A stretch of 63,084 bases of DNA, the filler included, from Nemertoderma westbladi (taxonomy: Eukaryota; Animalia; Xenacoelomorpha): the NCBI GenBank assembly GCA_032718475.1. It is 3 parts of 3 records of this genome, joined end to end, with 100 filler letters (N's around TTAATTAATTAA, not from the genome) between each part and the next. Parts side by side here need not be neighbours in the genome. Positions count along the whole stretch, not along the records: positions 21,810 to 39,251 come from JAUCBJ010006417.1; positions 39,352 to 63,084 come from JAUCBJ010005763.1; 1 more part is not named here. One strand, written 5' to 3'. The notes beneath the pieces were generated by a model. The model was not told the origin of the DNA. It saw nothing but the letters and a program-made list of their open reading frames with translations, and did no database searches. Position numbers and translations under genes: made by a program. Numbering within the stretch: the first letter of the stretch is position 1; each line of letters starts with the position of its first letter. This document shows, piece by piece, positions 37,425 to 50,768 of the stretch.

Positions 37425-38130
37425 CGCGTATTAAGAATGCTATGCCGACTTATCAACAAAATTGCACAGCCATAACTCCCTTATTTCCCACGACGTTCGC
37501 GAGATTATCTGCATCTTCAAGGCCAGTGTCCATTAAGAGGCGTCTCAAGTAAGTAATGATGATTGATGGGCTGTCCACCATGCCTTTTTTCTTCATGAGG
37601 CCACCGAAAGTACAAGAATGTGCTCAGACTGGTCCTCACGGCAAAAACAATGTCTGCAAAGCGGAGGCGGCTTTGTTCCAAGTGTCAAGCTTGGGGGAAC
37701 CAATTAGACACCTCCAATGTTATATACAATATGATATTTATTTATATGTAGTGTTTGTTTCGGTGCGGTTTGTTGTTTTTGCTGTTGTCCATTATGGTTT
37801 GTCTGATAAGTCGCATAGCGGCTGGGGGCGAAAGCCCCGGACATTCAAGATTTAATTAACTTAACTGTAATGTCTGGTTGGAGATGTGTGTATTTAGTAC
37901 TTCGCACAGTAAACCCTACGTAGCATTCTTGTGAATGTGCCATCCAGAGATTTGGTGTCCTCAGCATTTAGAGCCCAGCATGGACTCCCATAGAGGAGTA
38001 CTGGAACTACTGGTGCTCTAAATAATCGGACCTTAAGCTTCCGATGTATTCTGTGTGACTTCCAAATCCTGGAAAGCTCATTTAATGCTGCCCATGCCTT
38101 TTTCTTACGTAGTCGAAGGTCCTGACCAAG
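37425..38130 (-). mobile_element. RTE-clade LINE 3' fragment, more diverged, with a ~140-bp insertion
   Basis: Homologous to 24820-25340; interrupted at about 37727-37868. Confidence 0.78.
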
Positions 38131-39251
38131 GATGTTATTACGTTACCTTACGATATCTTTTCAGGAATACCGTAGCTCAATATTTTTCCGTAACGTAAAC
38201 CGTAACGTAATAGCTTTTTCAATACCGTAACGTAATATTACTGTATATTTTTACCGTAAACCGTAACGTAATAGCGTAATATTTGTTTTATCTACCAAGC
38301 AATCATTTTGGACAAAAAAGTAAATCTTTCGACAAAAAACTTTCACTTTCATGTTTAGGCTAACTAGGGCTACTGACTTATCCCTTTATTGCACCGAGCT
38401 GACGATTTTAATCAGACAATCAAGCCAATTAATTTGCAGACGATTTCTGTCTGTTCGGCTGTCTGTCTATCTGTCGTCTGTTTGTCTGTCTGTCTATATG
38501 TATGTAGGCATGCTTGATGGTTTATCGGTCTGTCTATCTGTGAGTCTGTCAGTCTGTCTGTCTGTCTAATCTAATCTTTAATTACCTAATTAAATAATTA
38601 GCCTAATCACTTATTAAATAATTAAACTAATTAAATCATTAATTAGCTCTAAATAACTCTGTCTTTCTATAACAATCAATAATTACTTAGAAATGACAAA
38701 CAATAAGGCTTTTACAAAAGGAAAACCTAATTGCACAGTTCAGTTCCATTTTCCACTACTTTCCTTTACTGCACACTGTTGCTTATAAGCAACACGGCTT
38801 ATTTTGTGCCTTAGAATTACAAATGAACCTGTATAATTTGCAAAAATAGATGTAATAGGTGCAGGATATACAAGAAAATACGTTAGTATTTTTTGGCACC
38901 ATAAAATTATCGCAGGAATAAAAAAAGCCGACATAAAAACACCTATAAACTATCTTTCTCCTATTTTCCTATCAACATTTTTGAATGTTAACTTACAACA
39001 TAATTTAAACCTCCCACCCAAGTCTCTTCGTTTTTATTGGATAATTTAATTATCCTGCTATAAGCTACAAAGTGCAGTAATGGTTGGTTGATGGTTTTTC
39101 TATGAGATCAGACCGATAATAGAACTGTTGCTTAAAAGCATAGATAGATTTATTTATATATTATGCAAACAATAGAAACCAATACATTAACTCAGTAAAA
39201 TTATTAATGTATAGTAAGTATTGTCCAACATAACATAAAGGATAACCCCTA

Positions 39252-39351
39252 NNNNNNNNNNNNNNNNNNNNNNNNNNNNNNNNNNNNNNNNNNNNTTAAT
39301 TAATTAANNNNNNNNNNNNNNNNNNNNNNNNNNNNNNNNNNNNNNNNNNNN
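39252..39351. other. Assembly gap with artificial TTAATTAATTAA linker
   Basis: N44-TTAATTAATTAA-N44. Confidence 0.95.
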
Positions 39352-40995
39352 CCTGTGGGAATTCGGGGTCTCTGCATGACAGATGAATGTAGGTTCTGTC
39401 TACAAACGTCCTTAAAAATGGCGAATCCAGAGCTGTCCAACTTCTCAGCAGCTGAGTCTCTTAAGCTGAGCTTGGTCAAAGCGCGGTCCTTGAATTGACT
39501 ATCAACGTTGCGGAACGGAGTCAGAAAGCGCCTAAAGCATTCGAATCGAATGAATTTATTGTGTTCATCTAGCTTGGCGAGTTTGGTTCCAAGCAGTAAG
39601 GGATGAGCGCGTATAGTGCGACTTCACACATCGGCTAGCCAACCGGCAAGTGTGGTGTTCTCAAAGATAGTATATATAGCTAATGAGGGATGGAGTGGAA
39701 CACTCATAAAGCTATAGACGACGCCAGGTGCGGTTAATGGTCCGTCAAAATATAATCGAGAATAATGATCTCCATATATTTGTTGGTAGCTGACAGGGTT
39801 TCTGACTTTGAAATTCCATCCGTATTCTTGGAAGGCAAGATGTCCGATAGAGGTTCGTTGTACTTTATTGATTCCGCTTGATGTATTAGCATACATAGTT
39901 TGGAAGAAACCTCGGCCTTCTGCCCAGGGAGCAATCAGCTGGGTGTCTTACGAAAGGATATGGGATATTCTCCATGTTTCTGAAGTCATTTAGGAGATCT
40001 CCATAAATAGCTGAGCCGATTTTAAGGATTCTCTCGTCAAACAGCATCTCGAGCACTGGCTGGGGTAGCATAGATCCATCTATACCCATGGCCGGTTTGC
40101 GCTCGGTATCGGTAACATAACGCTGCGCAAGTTCGAATTGTCCATGTCGGAGTTTCTTTTGGATCACTGTGAGAGTCTCAAAAGAGTAATCGATCACGTC
40201 GGAACACGCTCGAGTAAACACATGGGCAGAACCAGTTAGTCCACATATGTGTATCATTCGCGTAGTTCCCAGTTCTCCAACCGGAACGCTACCTTCATTA
40301 TCATAAGTGACAACTCCATACATTTCGATAACGTTAAGAGTTTCGTTCCACTCTTTAGTGGCGTTTTCTATGGTCATACCCACTGGATGCCATAAGGTGC
40401 GTAAGTTCGCTTGCGTTAGGTAGATCGCTATACTTCAGATAATGTGTATTATAAGTCTCTGCATCTCCGTATCGCTGTATTCTCTCTTCCTCGAATAATA
40501 CGTTGAGATTCCAATGGACTAATCGAGTTTTAATAAATCCATCAAAATTATATGGAGGCATTATGTCCTTTTCTATTCTTGAAACATTATAAGGTTTTCT
40601 AAATGGGTTTACTTTAACCAATTGATCTAGATGTTTCTGTAGTTGTTCGAGTTCGACAAGATCCAGGGGGTTTATCAATGGTAGAAACCTTAAACTGTGC
40701 GTAGGATCTTCCGGTTTCACCATATAATATTGGGTTAAATTGACATAATAAGGGTGGTCTTTGATCCCATAAAATGAGTTCGGTAAAGGTCTAGCGCGTA
40801 GGTTGACCTCGTGTACCATACGACGGACAAGATCCGCTCGATTGTCCGGATGTTCAACGAGTATATCGTTGACACGAGCGGCCTCGATTGGCGGACGTTG
40901 TAACATAGGAGCATCAGCGATAAGATCTCTAGATCTTAAATTGATATCAACCGGTTGGGGTTGTACCGTGGCGAAGAGTTTGTCTCCGAAATGGG
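39352..40995 (-). pseudogene. Family-2 ORF3, distal part: DEDDy 3'-5' exonuclease domain
   Basis: VVTYDNEG (ExoI), LPQPVLEMLFDERILKIGSAIYGDL (ExoII), TSIGHLA...NFK...YQQIYG; aligns with family-1 ORF3. Confidence 0.82.
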
Positions 40996-41571
40996 TGTGA
41001 CGGGATCCGTGGACCCCGATTTATCCGTGTGGGTTTTCCTATCTACGCGTCCCCGCCGTGTGTGTGAAAAGGTTCTTTAAGGGTTCCAAAGTTCCTGATT
41101 GATATGAAGGTATATGGTAATATGATATAAGCACAATTAATCAGGGTTAAAGTAGTTACCGGTAAATAGGTATTACATATAGTGGCGGTAGCGGACGGTG
41201 ATAGAAGTCACCGTTCCACCCTACTGAACTGACTGAGTAAACTGAGCAAGTAACACAGTTACCGGTAATATATATTGCACGGTTGGCCGCATTATCCTAC
41301 TCAGCCGATGCCTCCCCCCCATTGGCTAATAACCCTGTTGTCGCCCTTTGCCTCTCCTGGAGGGTTTCCCTTTGCCCTGTTACTCTCTCTCTCTTTCAGG
41401 GGTGTAACCCCTGACCCATATTGTGTGTGTGTTCTCTGGGGCCTATTGTCCCCGTTTACTGGGGTGACACGAGGTTGATATTGGTAATCAACCTCGTGCT
41501 CCCAATATTGCTTAGAGGCGCTCTTTCCCACTTTATGGGGGTTTGGTGAGGCGGAATTGAATCCGCTCACA
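40996..41571 (-). repeat. 3' LTR of the nested element
   Basis: TGTGA...TCACA termini; adjacent PPT. Confidence 0.95.
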
Positions 41572-41799
41572 CTCCCCCCCATGCTATCTTCCCGGTGAGA
41601 AGATAGCATCAACCAAAAAGTGCGCTTCAATTCCGCTGGAACTCGATCTATTATCGGGTGTGGGGTGGGGTTATTTTCTTGGAGTCGGCTTTCCAGGCCG
41701 CTCCCTATGGGTATGATGTCACTACCCTCTGGCGTCTCGTGTCGGGCCGATCGTGCCCTTCTCTCACACAATTTTTGTTTCCCCAACACTCTCGCCACT

Positions 41800-42900
41800 C
41801 TAACTAACTCCGCTCTAACTCCCCTCTTACTCTCTCCCCACTCTTACACTCTCCCCACACCTGAATCGCACTCTAACTTCTCTCCATACTCCTCTCTACT
41901 CTCTACCACTCCCAAAGGCCCTAATCTCTAATGCTACCCCTGTGCTATCATACTATCTACCCACTACTTACTTGCTAACTATCTAACTCTCTACTAACTC
42001 TCCGACTCTAACTAGCTCTACTAAGTCTAACTAACTCCTACTAACTCTCTACTTCTACTAACTCCCTCTAACTCTTACCAATTCTTCAAACTATGTGGCG
42101 CTTAGGGTGGCCACGACCCCTCTACTACTAACTCTAACTAAAACCCTCTAAGTCTACCAACTCTCTAGCCCTTTAACTAGAACTCTCTAGCTCTACCCAC
42201 TCTTCTAACTACGTGGCACTTGCGGTGCCCACAACCACTCTACTATCTGGCACCCTATGTGCCCGTCTCTACTACTCTACTACCTGGCACCCTATGTGCC
42301 CGTCTCTACTACTCTACTACCTGGCACCCTATGTGCCCTCTCTACTACTCTACTACCTGGCACCCTATGTGCCCTCTCTACTACTCTACTACCTCTCTAA
42401 CTCTCTAACTCTACTACCTGGCACCCTATTTGCCCATCTCTACTACTCTACTACCTGGCACCCTATGTGCCCTCTCTACTACTCTACTACCTGGCACCCT
42501 ATGTGCCCTCTCTACTACTCTACTACCTCTCTAACTCTACTACCTGGCACCCTATGTGCCCGTCTCTACTACTCTACTCTATCTTCATCTTACCCCCTTT
42601 ACGTCTACTCGCCTGCACGTGACGCTCTGAATGCCGGCAGAGTGGGTACGTTAATTATGTGAACTACTACTAACTCTTACTAACTCTACTAACTCTCTAC
42701 TAACTCAACTAACTCTACTACTAACTCTTACTAACTCTACTAACTCTCTACTAACTCAACTAACTCTACTACTAACTCTTGTGCCCGGCACCTCTTGTGC
42801 CCGGCACCCACCCTAATTAACATACCCTGCTCTTACATCAAACACGTCATCACGCCCGTGCCCCATTTAGTTCAACGCATCCCCTACTAACTCTAACTAC
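41800..42900. repeat. Low-complexity CTACT/CTAACT tract with ~33-bp and ~39-bp tandem repeats inside the nested element
   Basis: CTACTCTACTACCTGGCACCCTATGTGCCC repeated. Confidence 0.9.
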
Positions 42901-45900
42901 GTGGCGCTTGCGGTGCCTACAACCACTGGCATTAAAGGCCTCGACAACCCCCGTCCGTCCTTCGGTATACACGGCGTCTGCCCATGTAATGCCCCCTCGC
43001 ACTCTGTCGGTCCCGCGTGCGTATGCAACACGCCTCCTGCTTTCCTGAGTCCTTTGTTATGTCCACCCACGGACCTCTCTGCCCCTGGTCTAATCCTCTC
43101 ACATCCTCTCCCTTTCCTTCTTGTCTTCTTACTCGGCCTCCCCTTTATCGGTATGCCCCTCAACCGGACCGGCATCTCTTCCGGACACTCCTCCGGTTTG
43201 TCCTCCGGACATCTTGCCGTCCGTTCCTCTCTATCTCCATGCCGATACTTGCTGGGATACCCATTCTCTCCCGCCCACTCTCTAACTGTTACTTCCTCGG
43301 GTAGTACTCTTCTCTTCTTTCTTGCCACTGTCGTGCTTGTAGCTGCTGTTTCTCTACACTCTCCGGGTCTGTGTCCTTCTACCACACATCGATGACATAG
43401 TCCGTTTGCATCTGCGTAGGCTATACGATCTTGTTTGGGCAGCGCTTGCCAGTGCTTACAACTCATGGTCTTATGGGTTCCGTCCCGATGTAATTGACAT
43501 TCGAATCCTGTATTATAGCGTTTCCTGTATAATCCCTCACGTATCGCGCCTAGGTTCATATGTACCGATTTAATGTGTTGGTCTTCTGGACTCGGCCTAC
43601 TGGGTATATTGGGATCGTGTTTAATTGTGATGTTATTTTCTTTCTGTCCCTGCCACGGTGTGGCCCTACCAGCTAGCTGTGGACTAGCAGTCCCCTGTAT
43701 GGCCGCGTGTGGTAGCGACTGTCCGCACGACCTGTTCTCGTCCAAGGGGTTCGATGTTCTTGCTCCTATTGGGGTATATTGTTGATATTGTGATGGGGGA
43801 ATGTCACCCTGTCCCCCCCCCCCCCCCCCACTGGTATGTTTGGTACTGGGGTTGATGTTAATATATTGGGGCCCATACATCTATCTGCAATAACTCTCTC
43901 CTCCCCTGGATATATGTTATGTCCCTGTGTATTATAGTCATGCTGCCGTACCGATATAGGCCTACCCACTTCTTGCCTACCTACCGGTATCTACTCCGTG
44001 GCTTCCGGGTTTAATCCCGTCGTTCGCGCTACCCTATCGCCTACTCTACCTCTCCCAGCATGGCCTATAATAGTATGTGCAGTAAGGCCTACAGTATGTC
44101 CTGCAGTCTGCATGTGCCCTTTTGAACCGAAGTTTAATCTTCGCGAATCTCGAGTCTCCCCGCAACTACCGCACTCTCGATCGGCAGCTATATCCCGTCA
44201 GGAAGCTTCTCTTCGATCCCCTCTCCTGTTCTTGACTTTGTATCGGTACGTCCTGTACCCCTCTCTTGGCGTGCGGTGCTTTTCTCCGGGGCGACGGCAA
44301 TCTCCCGAAGTTCGACCCCACTGACTCCCTAACTCCATCTCTACTGTCGACGGCTCGCTATCCATTCTCGCACTCCTATCGTTCGTGGCGACATTTCTTC
44401 TACTATCTTCTCTTTTCTTTTTAGTGCAGTATTCCCGCTCGTGAGATCTCTCGTCGACCTCCTGGTTAAACTCCCCTGCTTTTCTTTCCTCTTCTGATCG
44501 GGCTCGACACTTTGTCCGCCCTCTCGCGACGTCAACCTGCCCCTCTTTGCTCGATCGCACGCCGCTGGGGATACTCGCAATCCCCCTATTACTCTCCGTC
44601 GCCGGGTGTTGCGGTTTACCTAGCTCGGCCCGCGCATTATCCGCCGACGCCTGTGGGACACTCTCTGCCCCCCCCCCTTCTCGCTACTAATCTCTCGCGG
44701 TGGGGTGTCTGTAGCCCCCCCCCCCCCACCCGCCGCTTCTAACTTCACTACCTCTTACTACACTTCTGCGTCCCTCTTATCGGACATTCTCCACCACCCT
44801 TCTCTCGCCACTAATCTTCCGTGGTGGGGCGCCCGTAGCCCCCCCCCCCCCCCCACTCGCCACATCTAACTCCACTATCTCTCACTTCACTTCTACACCC
44901 CTCTCTAGTCGACGCACTGTCTCTACTACGGCTGGTTCTATTCACCCCCGCCTCTCTCTCTATTACTGCGTGGCCTACCAGGCCCACCTCAGGTTGGCTC
45001 AACCCCGCTGCTCCCTGCCTACTAACTACGTGGCCTACCAGGCCGCCGTCTGCCGGGTTATGTACGTCCGACACGTTCATATTAATAGCACCATTCCCAA
45101 TATTATTTGTTAAGTCAATTAAATTATTAGAATTTGAAACGGGATTATTATTTAAATTATTTAAATTAGGATTATTATTATTTTCAAAATTTGAATTATT
45201 ATTCGAATTATTTGAATTATTCTGAATATTTGAATTAATATTATTATTTGAATTTAAGTTTAAAATACCGGGTAAAATATTTCCTGTAATAAAGGGATTA
45301 GGGTTATCTACTACGGTACTATTAATATTAACTACTTCTAGCGTACTATTATTACCCCCCCCCCCCCCGCCCGTACGGCTACACCAGTTCTGGTTCTCTC
45401 GTCCGGTGCCTGTAAGTGGGGTCTCACTCTCTGATAGTTCCAACCGCGCCAGTTCTAGTCGGCGCCGCTCCAGTTTGGCTTGATATTGTGTAAGCCTCTC
45501 TAGCTGGGCACGCAAATCATCCCGCATGCGCTTATCCTCTATATCTCTCTCTCGTGTACTCTGCTCGGCCAACTCGGTATCTCTCGCAACCATCTCAAAC
45601 CGCCTCGCCGACTCGCTCATCTCCCGCTCTCTACACTCCTTGGCTCTCTTTCTACACTCCTCGGCGCTCTCTCTATACTCCCTCGCTAACTCTCCTGACC
45701 TCTCTGAAAACGCGGTTTCCTCTCACAATTGTCTCTCTAACTCATTCTGCTCATTTGCCACCATTTTTAATTCATACGTCAGACTTATCTCCCGCACCCC
45801 TCTTTCTTTTTCGGAGGATGTAGCAGAGTTATCGGTTGCGACGGACTCCCGTCGCCCCTCCGTCCCACCAACTTTCCCCCGCCTCCCGGAACTTCCTCCG

Positions 45901-46659
45901 ACCGACAAGACCGAATCCTCGGGGCTAACCTCGGATTCGCCCTCCTCAGGTCTCTTCCAACCCACTAATTTTGCTCCCCGGGAATCGATTAAGTATGGCC
46001 CTATGTACACTACACTAGGTTGCATACCCTTATACTCCCATAGTTCAAGCAGTTCGCTGGCAACCCCTCTCGCTCTCTCGCTGGCTAGTTCTTGCTGCCC
46101 AAAACGCACTAGGTAAGCAAAATATCTGTTCGACTCACCTAGCCGCTTTTCTAACTTCACCTCATCTAGTTATTCTCCCTCCTTAGCTTCCCTCAACTGT
46201 TCCCTCGTGGCGTTGTAAGCCCGTCGGAGCCAGTCGCTAACTCCGACGTCCTCGTCGCCGACATCCCCTCTTTCTCTCTGTGTCCGGCGTCGTACCGGCG
46301 GCTCCACTGTCGCCGTTCCGGTGGGCCGTCCGTCGCCCTCGGCCTGTGGCTGGCCGGCGACATCGGCACGTCGACCGCCGCTGTGTGTCGACTCGTCTCT
46401 TTCCCCTCTCGACTCGTCTTTCCCTCCTCTCGACTCATCCACTGGTTGTAGACGGCCCCCCTCATCTCTGGTCGCCGGGTCGCCCATTGTCTATGGGTCC
46501 GGCGTCGTGGGTTTATACCGTCTCGTCGCGGCCTCGCGGATCGTTAGATCGCCGTCCGGGGTCCGCGGCGGTGTCGTCTTTCCTTCTTGGTTCATCTTTA
46601 TCTCTGGTGGCTGGCAGCCACAGTCTGTCAGGGCAGTTGGTTGGATCTAGTTCTATCAC

Positions 46660-47235
46660 TGTGACGGGATCCGTGGACCCCGATTTATCCGTGTGGGTTT
46701 TCCTATCTACACGTCCCCACCGTGTGTGTGAAAAGGTTCTTTAAGGGTTCCAAAGTTCCTGTTTGATATGAAGGTATATGGTAATATGATATAAGCACAA
46801 TTAATCAGGGTTAAAGTAGTTACCGGTAAATAGGTATTACATATAGTGGCGGTAGCGGACGGTGATAGAAGTCACCGTTCCACCCTACTGAACTGACTGA
46901 GTAAACTGAGCAAGTAACACAGTTACCGATAATATATATTGCACGGTTGGCCGCATTATCCTACTCAGCCGATGCCTCCCCCCCATTGGCTAATAACCCT
47001 GTTGTCGCCCTTTGCCTCTCCTGGAGGGTTTCCCTTTGCCCTGTTACTCTCTCTCTCTTTCAAGGGTGTAACCCCTGACCCCTATTGTGTGTGTGTTCTC
47101 TGGGGCCTATTGTCCCCGTTTACTGGGGTGACACGAGGTTGATATTGGTAATCAACCTCGTGCTCCCAATATTGCTTAGAGGCGCTCTTTCCCACTTTAT
47201 GGGGGTTTGGTGAGGCGGAATTGAATCCGCTCACA
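46660..47235 (-). repeat. 5' LTR of the nested element
   Basis: Direct repeat of 40996-41571. Confidence 0.95.
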
Positions 47236-48716
47236 ATGGGGAACCATCGAAGGATGAATGATGATTTTGGAATAGAGATCAGTCATAAGGATTTGAGCTT
47301 CTGGCTGGGCTAAAGCTGCTTCTTCTCTCTCATCCATTTCGATATGTTTCTCCTCGAGCTGATTTTCCTCCACTTGTCGTTGGAAGCGTTCGTCCAAAAA
47401 CTCTTGTAGAGAGTAGGTTCGTCCAAGTTCGATATCTTCTTCGAGATTCTGGATTTCCCGATCGAACTGGGATAAAGCTAATTCTTTTACCGCTTGGACT
47501 TGTTGTTGCAATTTACGTTTGTCTAAACAATCGTAGGTTCCTTTTCCGATCTTTTGTCGAATAGCGTATAACGCGTTTCGTACAACGCTCTCCTCCACCT
47601 CGGTGACGGGTTGAACCAGGACGATTATACGGGTTGAACGGCGATATTAGAAGTCCGCATCCCAATCCGGCTAGGTAGGATGGGCGAATATCTAGGGAGT
47701 CCACAACCGGAGTGCCACCAACTAATTGTTCGGGTAACACTAGATCTTTGAACAATGAGTACAACTCTGGAGGATCCGTCATACTATCCCAGGATACTAT
47801 CTCATACTATCATAGGATCAAGAGTCTGAGGTCTCACCAGGGAATGAGGAGGTCTGTACGAGTATTCCGGAACTCTGATCATAGGTTTATTTAAGGATTG
47901 TTTGAGTCGAGCGAGCGTAGGTGATACGTCGAACAAGTTTCGCTCAAAACTCCCGTAAGTATAGCGAGTAAAACTGTATTTAGCGCAACGTCTCTGCGGA
48001 TGTTTATGTCTTTCCGTTTGTTGGTTGGGTGTAGGGCATTCATCGCAGTAATACCAAAGACGCACATCTTGTAGGGGGAATGCTGGTGATCTTTCTCCAG
48101 TTTTACAATATTCCTCTATCTGTTCGAAGCTATCCGGTACAACAGGTAGCGGTCGATCGGCGGTAAGATACATCATAGTAAAATAGAGTCGTTTGAGTTC
48201 TATCATAGGGTTATGATATATACCTTGAGGATATCGAGTTTCTAGATTTTGTTGACTGGCTACATTGAGATAAGTTTCTCTCAAGAATTCCAAATAATAT
48301 TCGTTGAAGTCACTGCGTTTATCCGATGCTTCAACATCTTCTCTTTCGAGTCGGTTTCGAATAGAATTTTCATGTTCGATTCTCAGTTTATCATTCCGAC
48401 TCTGCTGGGTATGATATTTAAATAGAATCATTTCCTGTTCTGTATCTACATCGTCCGTGTCGTGTAAATCGATAGCATGACCAGTAGTTAAGAAGTCCAT
48501 ATACGTACCATTACGATGCATATAGCGCGCAGTGAATTTTCTATAGTCCAATTCATGCGTGAGCTGTTCCTTTGACATTGGCAGTTCGATATAACGGCTA
48601 TCGTCTTCCGTAGTATGTTGACTACCGTCGCCGCTTATTAAACTATCAACAAACGCTTGCAATGGTAGGGTATATCGCTCCCTGATACCAAGATCATCTT
48701 CTATTAACTCAGTCAT
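47236..48716 (-). pseudogene. Family-2 ORF3, proximal part (unknown N-terminal domain with CDEC...H...C motif and coiled coil)
   Basis: ORFs 47802-48716, 47513-47782 and 47197-47598; removing the nested element joins ...PSMVPH to FGDKLF...MLQRP (40906) in frame. Confidence 0.72.
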
Positions 48717-50768
48717 AGCTGCTATATGAGTTTATTGATATTAGAGTTATGTAATAATTAGGCTAGCGGTCGTCGCTGCCTCCCCCTCAGTGCCCCCGGA
48801 CAGCGCAAGATCCTCAGCGCAGATGTACTGTCGTCGCTGTGCCTCTCACCAACGTAGTAGCTACACAACGACAACAGTAACCAGCACGAGTCACTCCACT
48901 GTCCGTCCCAAGGGCTTAGATTTACTGGAGGTACTTGCTACAGAGGCAGGGTAACTTTCACAACTGCGACTCGCTACTGTAAACACACTTTAGTAGTAAC
49001 ATTCACCTATAAATACACAAATTCCACATTCTTGTCACAATTGGTACAAATTCGGGCCATTTGTCCGTTAGTAGTCAAATGCTTTCCAGAATGCCACATT
49101 ATTATTATGTATCCCTATGCTATTTATGTATCCCTATGCTATTTATGTATCCCTATGCTATTTATTCCGCATGCTATTCAATGGGGCAAGCTTTCTATTG
49201 TTCTTTTAACTCGCTTCTAATTCTAGTGTGGTTGTTGCTATGGTGACATTATGGAAAGCTAGCGGTAGAATTAGGGTAATTCTCATGCATACAGATCTGG
49301 GATGCTATTTAATAGAGATTCTTTAATTGTCAATATTCCCCTTATACATGATTTTATGAATTTTATCGGCTATTGACTGTACACTGGAGATTCTCTCACA
49401 CTAATATACTTAATAGGGTGAATCTCCGCTCCCATGATCTATTAATTAATGGAATTTTGGGAATGTTATAAATTGTATAAAATGACAATTTATCAAATTC
49501 ATGAGAGGATATGAATTTAAATTTATTCCCATGAATTTTATTATTTGTTATTAAATAAACACAATTTTATTCCAGAACATGTCTGGGGACTAGGATCCTT
49601 AATTCCAGAAATTTGTCTTTTAAGAGTATCGGTAAGTGCTACGATATCTTAATAGACTAGAATTTTAGAGGATCTAAAGTTTTAACAGACTTAATTTATA
49701 ACCTTTCTATATTTTAACATTTGTTATAAAAAACGTTGTAAATATTTATCAAATATTTAATATTTAATATTTAGGATGGGCACCAATTTATTCCAGAACA
49801 TGTCTGGGGACGTTAACCACTGATTCTAGAATTTTGTCTTTCAAGTATATCAGTGGGTGCCGCGATATCTTAATCGACTAGAATTTCCGATGGTCAAAGG
49901 GTTTAACAGATTTATTTGAAGATTTATTAACAGATTTGTTTGATAACATTATTTATATTAATAATGTTTGTTAATATTTTGAACTTCAACGCTACTGTTA
50001 AATGGACATCATTCTACTTTGTTTGGACCCATTTGATGACATTTGATGCATGCAGGAAGTTCTTTTTTGAGTCATTGATCTTTCATCAATGTGTTATATT
50101 GTTATAAATTTCATTATGGTGCATCGCGATGGCACAAAATTTCAACCCTCTTGGGATCCGTGAAGATATAGACGAAATTGAAAGAAATTTTCTTTGCCTT
50201 ATTTTTTTTACCATTTGGCAACTTTTGTGCACCGGTAGAACAATGAAATCGAAAAAAAGTAAAAAACGCACCGCCCTATCTACTATATGTATTATTTAAT
50301 ATATGGTATGAGAGCAATATTGCATGAAGTAATGTCAGTGAGAAGAGGCAAGTCGTTTCCAAGGTCTACCCAGAGCTTGGTTTAGCCGAGACACGAGGAT
50401 CTGAACTTTGCATTCCTAATACTCTACTTACCAATAATACTTGAGTATAGTAGGGGCAGTATATTGTACTTTTAATAAGTACGGACATTTCGTATTACTG
50501 TAGTCACGTATTTATAGTATGATACGGACAGTAAGGAAAGAGAATATGAATTATTTCTCGCCATTAAACGAAATATATTATACTAAGTAATTAAGTAATA
50601 AAACATGAATATATTGCACTAATCTACTGAATAATCGTTAAAATATTATTCTACTAAATAAAATTAAAGAAAACGATTATAATATTAAAATTACATAATA
50701 ATGCATACATAAGTATAAAAATAAAAAAAAAATAAAATAATGTAGTCATACACCCACTCCAAACACTG

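Larger units (their letters stand above)
40996..47235 (-). mobile_element. Nested non-autonomous BEL-derived LTR element (6.2 kb)
   Basis: 576-bp LTRs differing at about 6 positions; TSD ATGGG; G-rich PPT at 41572-41580; degenerate BEL gag knuckles (LCHRCVVEGHRPGEC) and integrase C-terminus. Confidence 0.93.

Noticed and set aside
37800-37845. CTGATAAG...GGGGCGAAAGCCCC as a ribozyme
   Set aside because: The core deviates from CUGANGA and only a short hairpin is evident.
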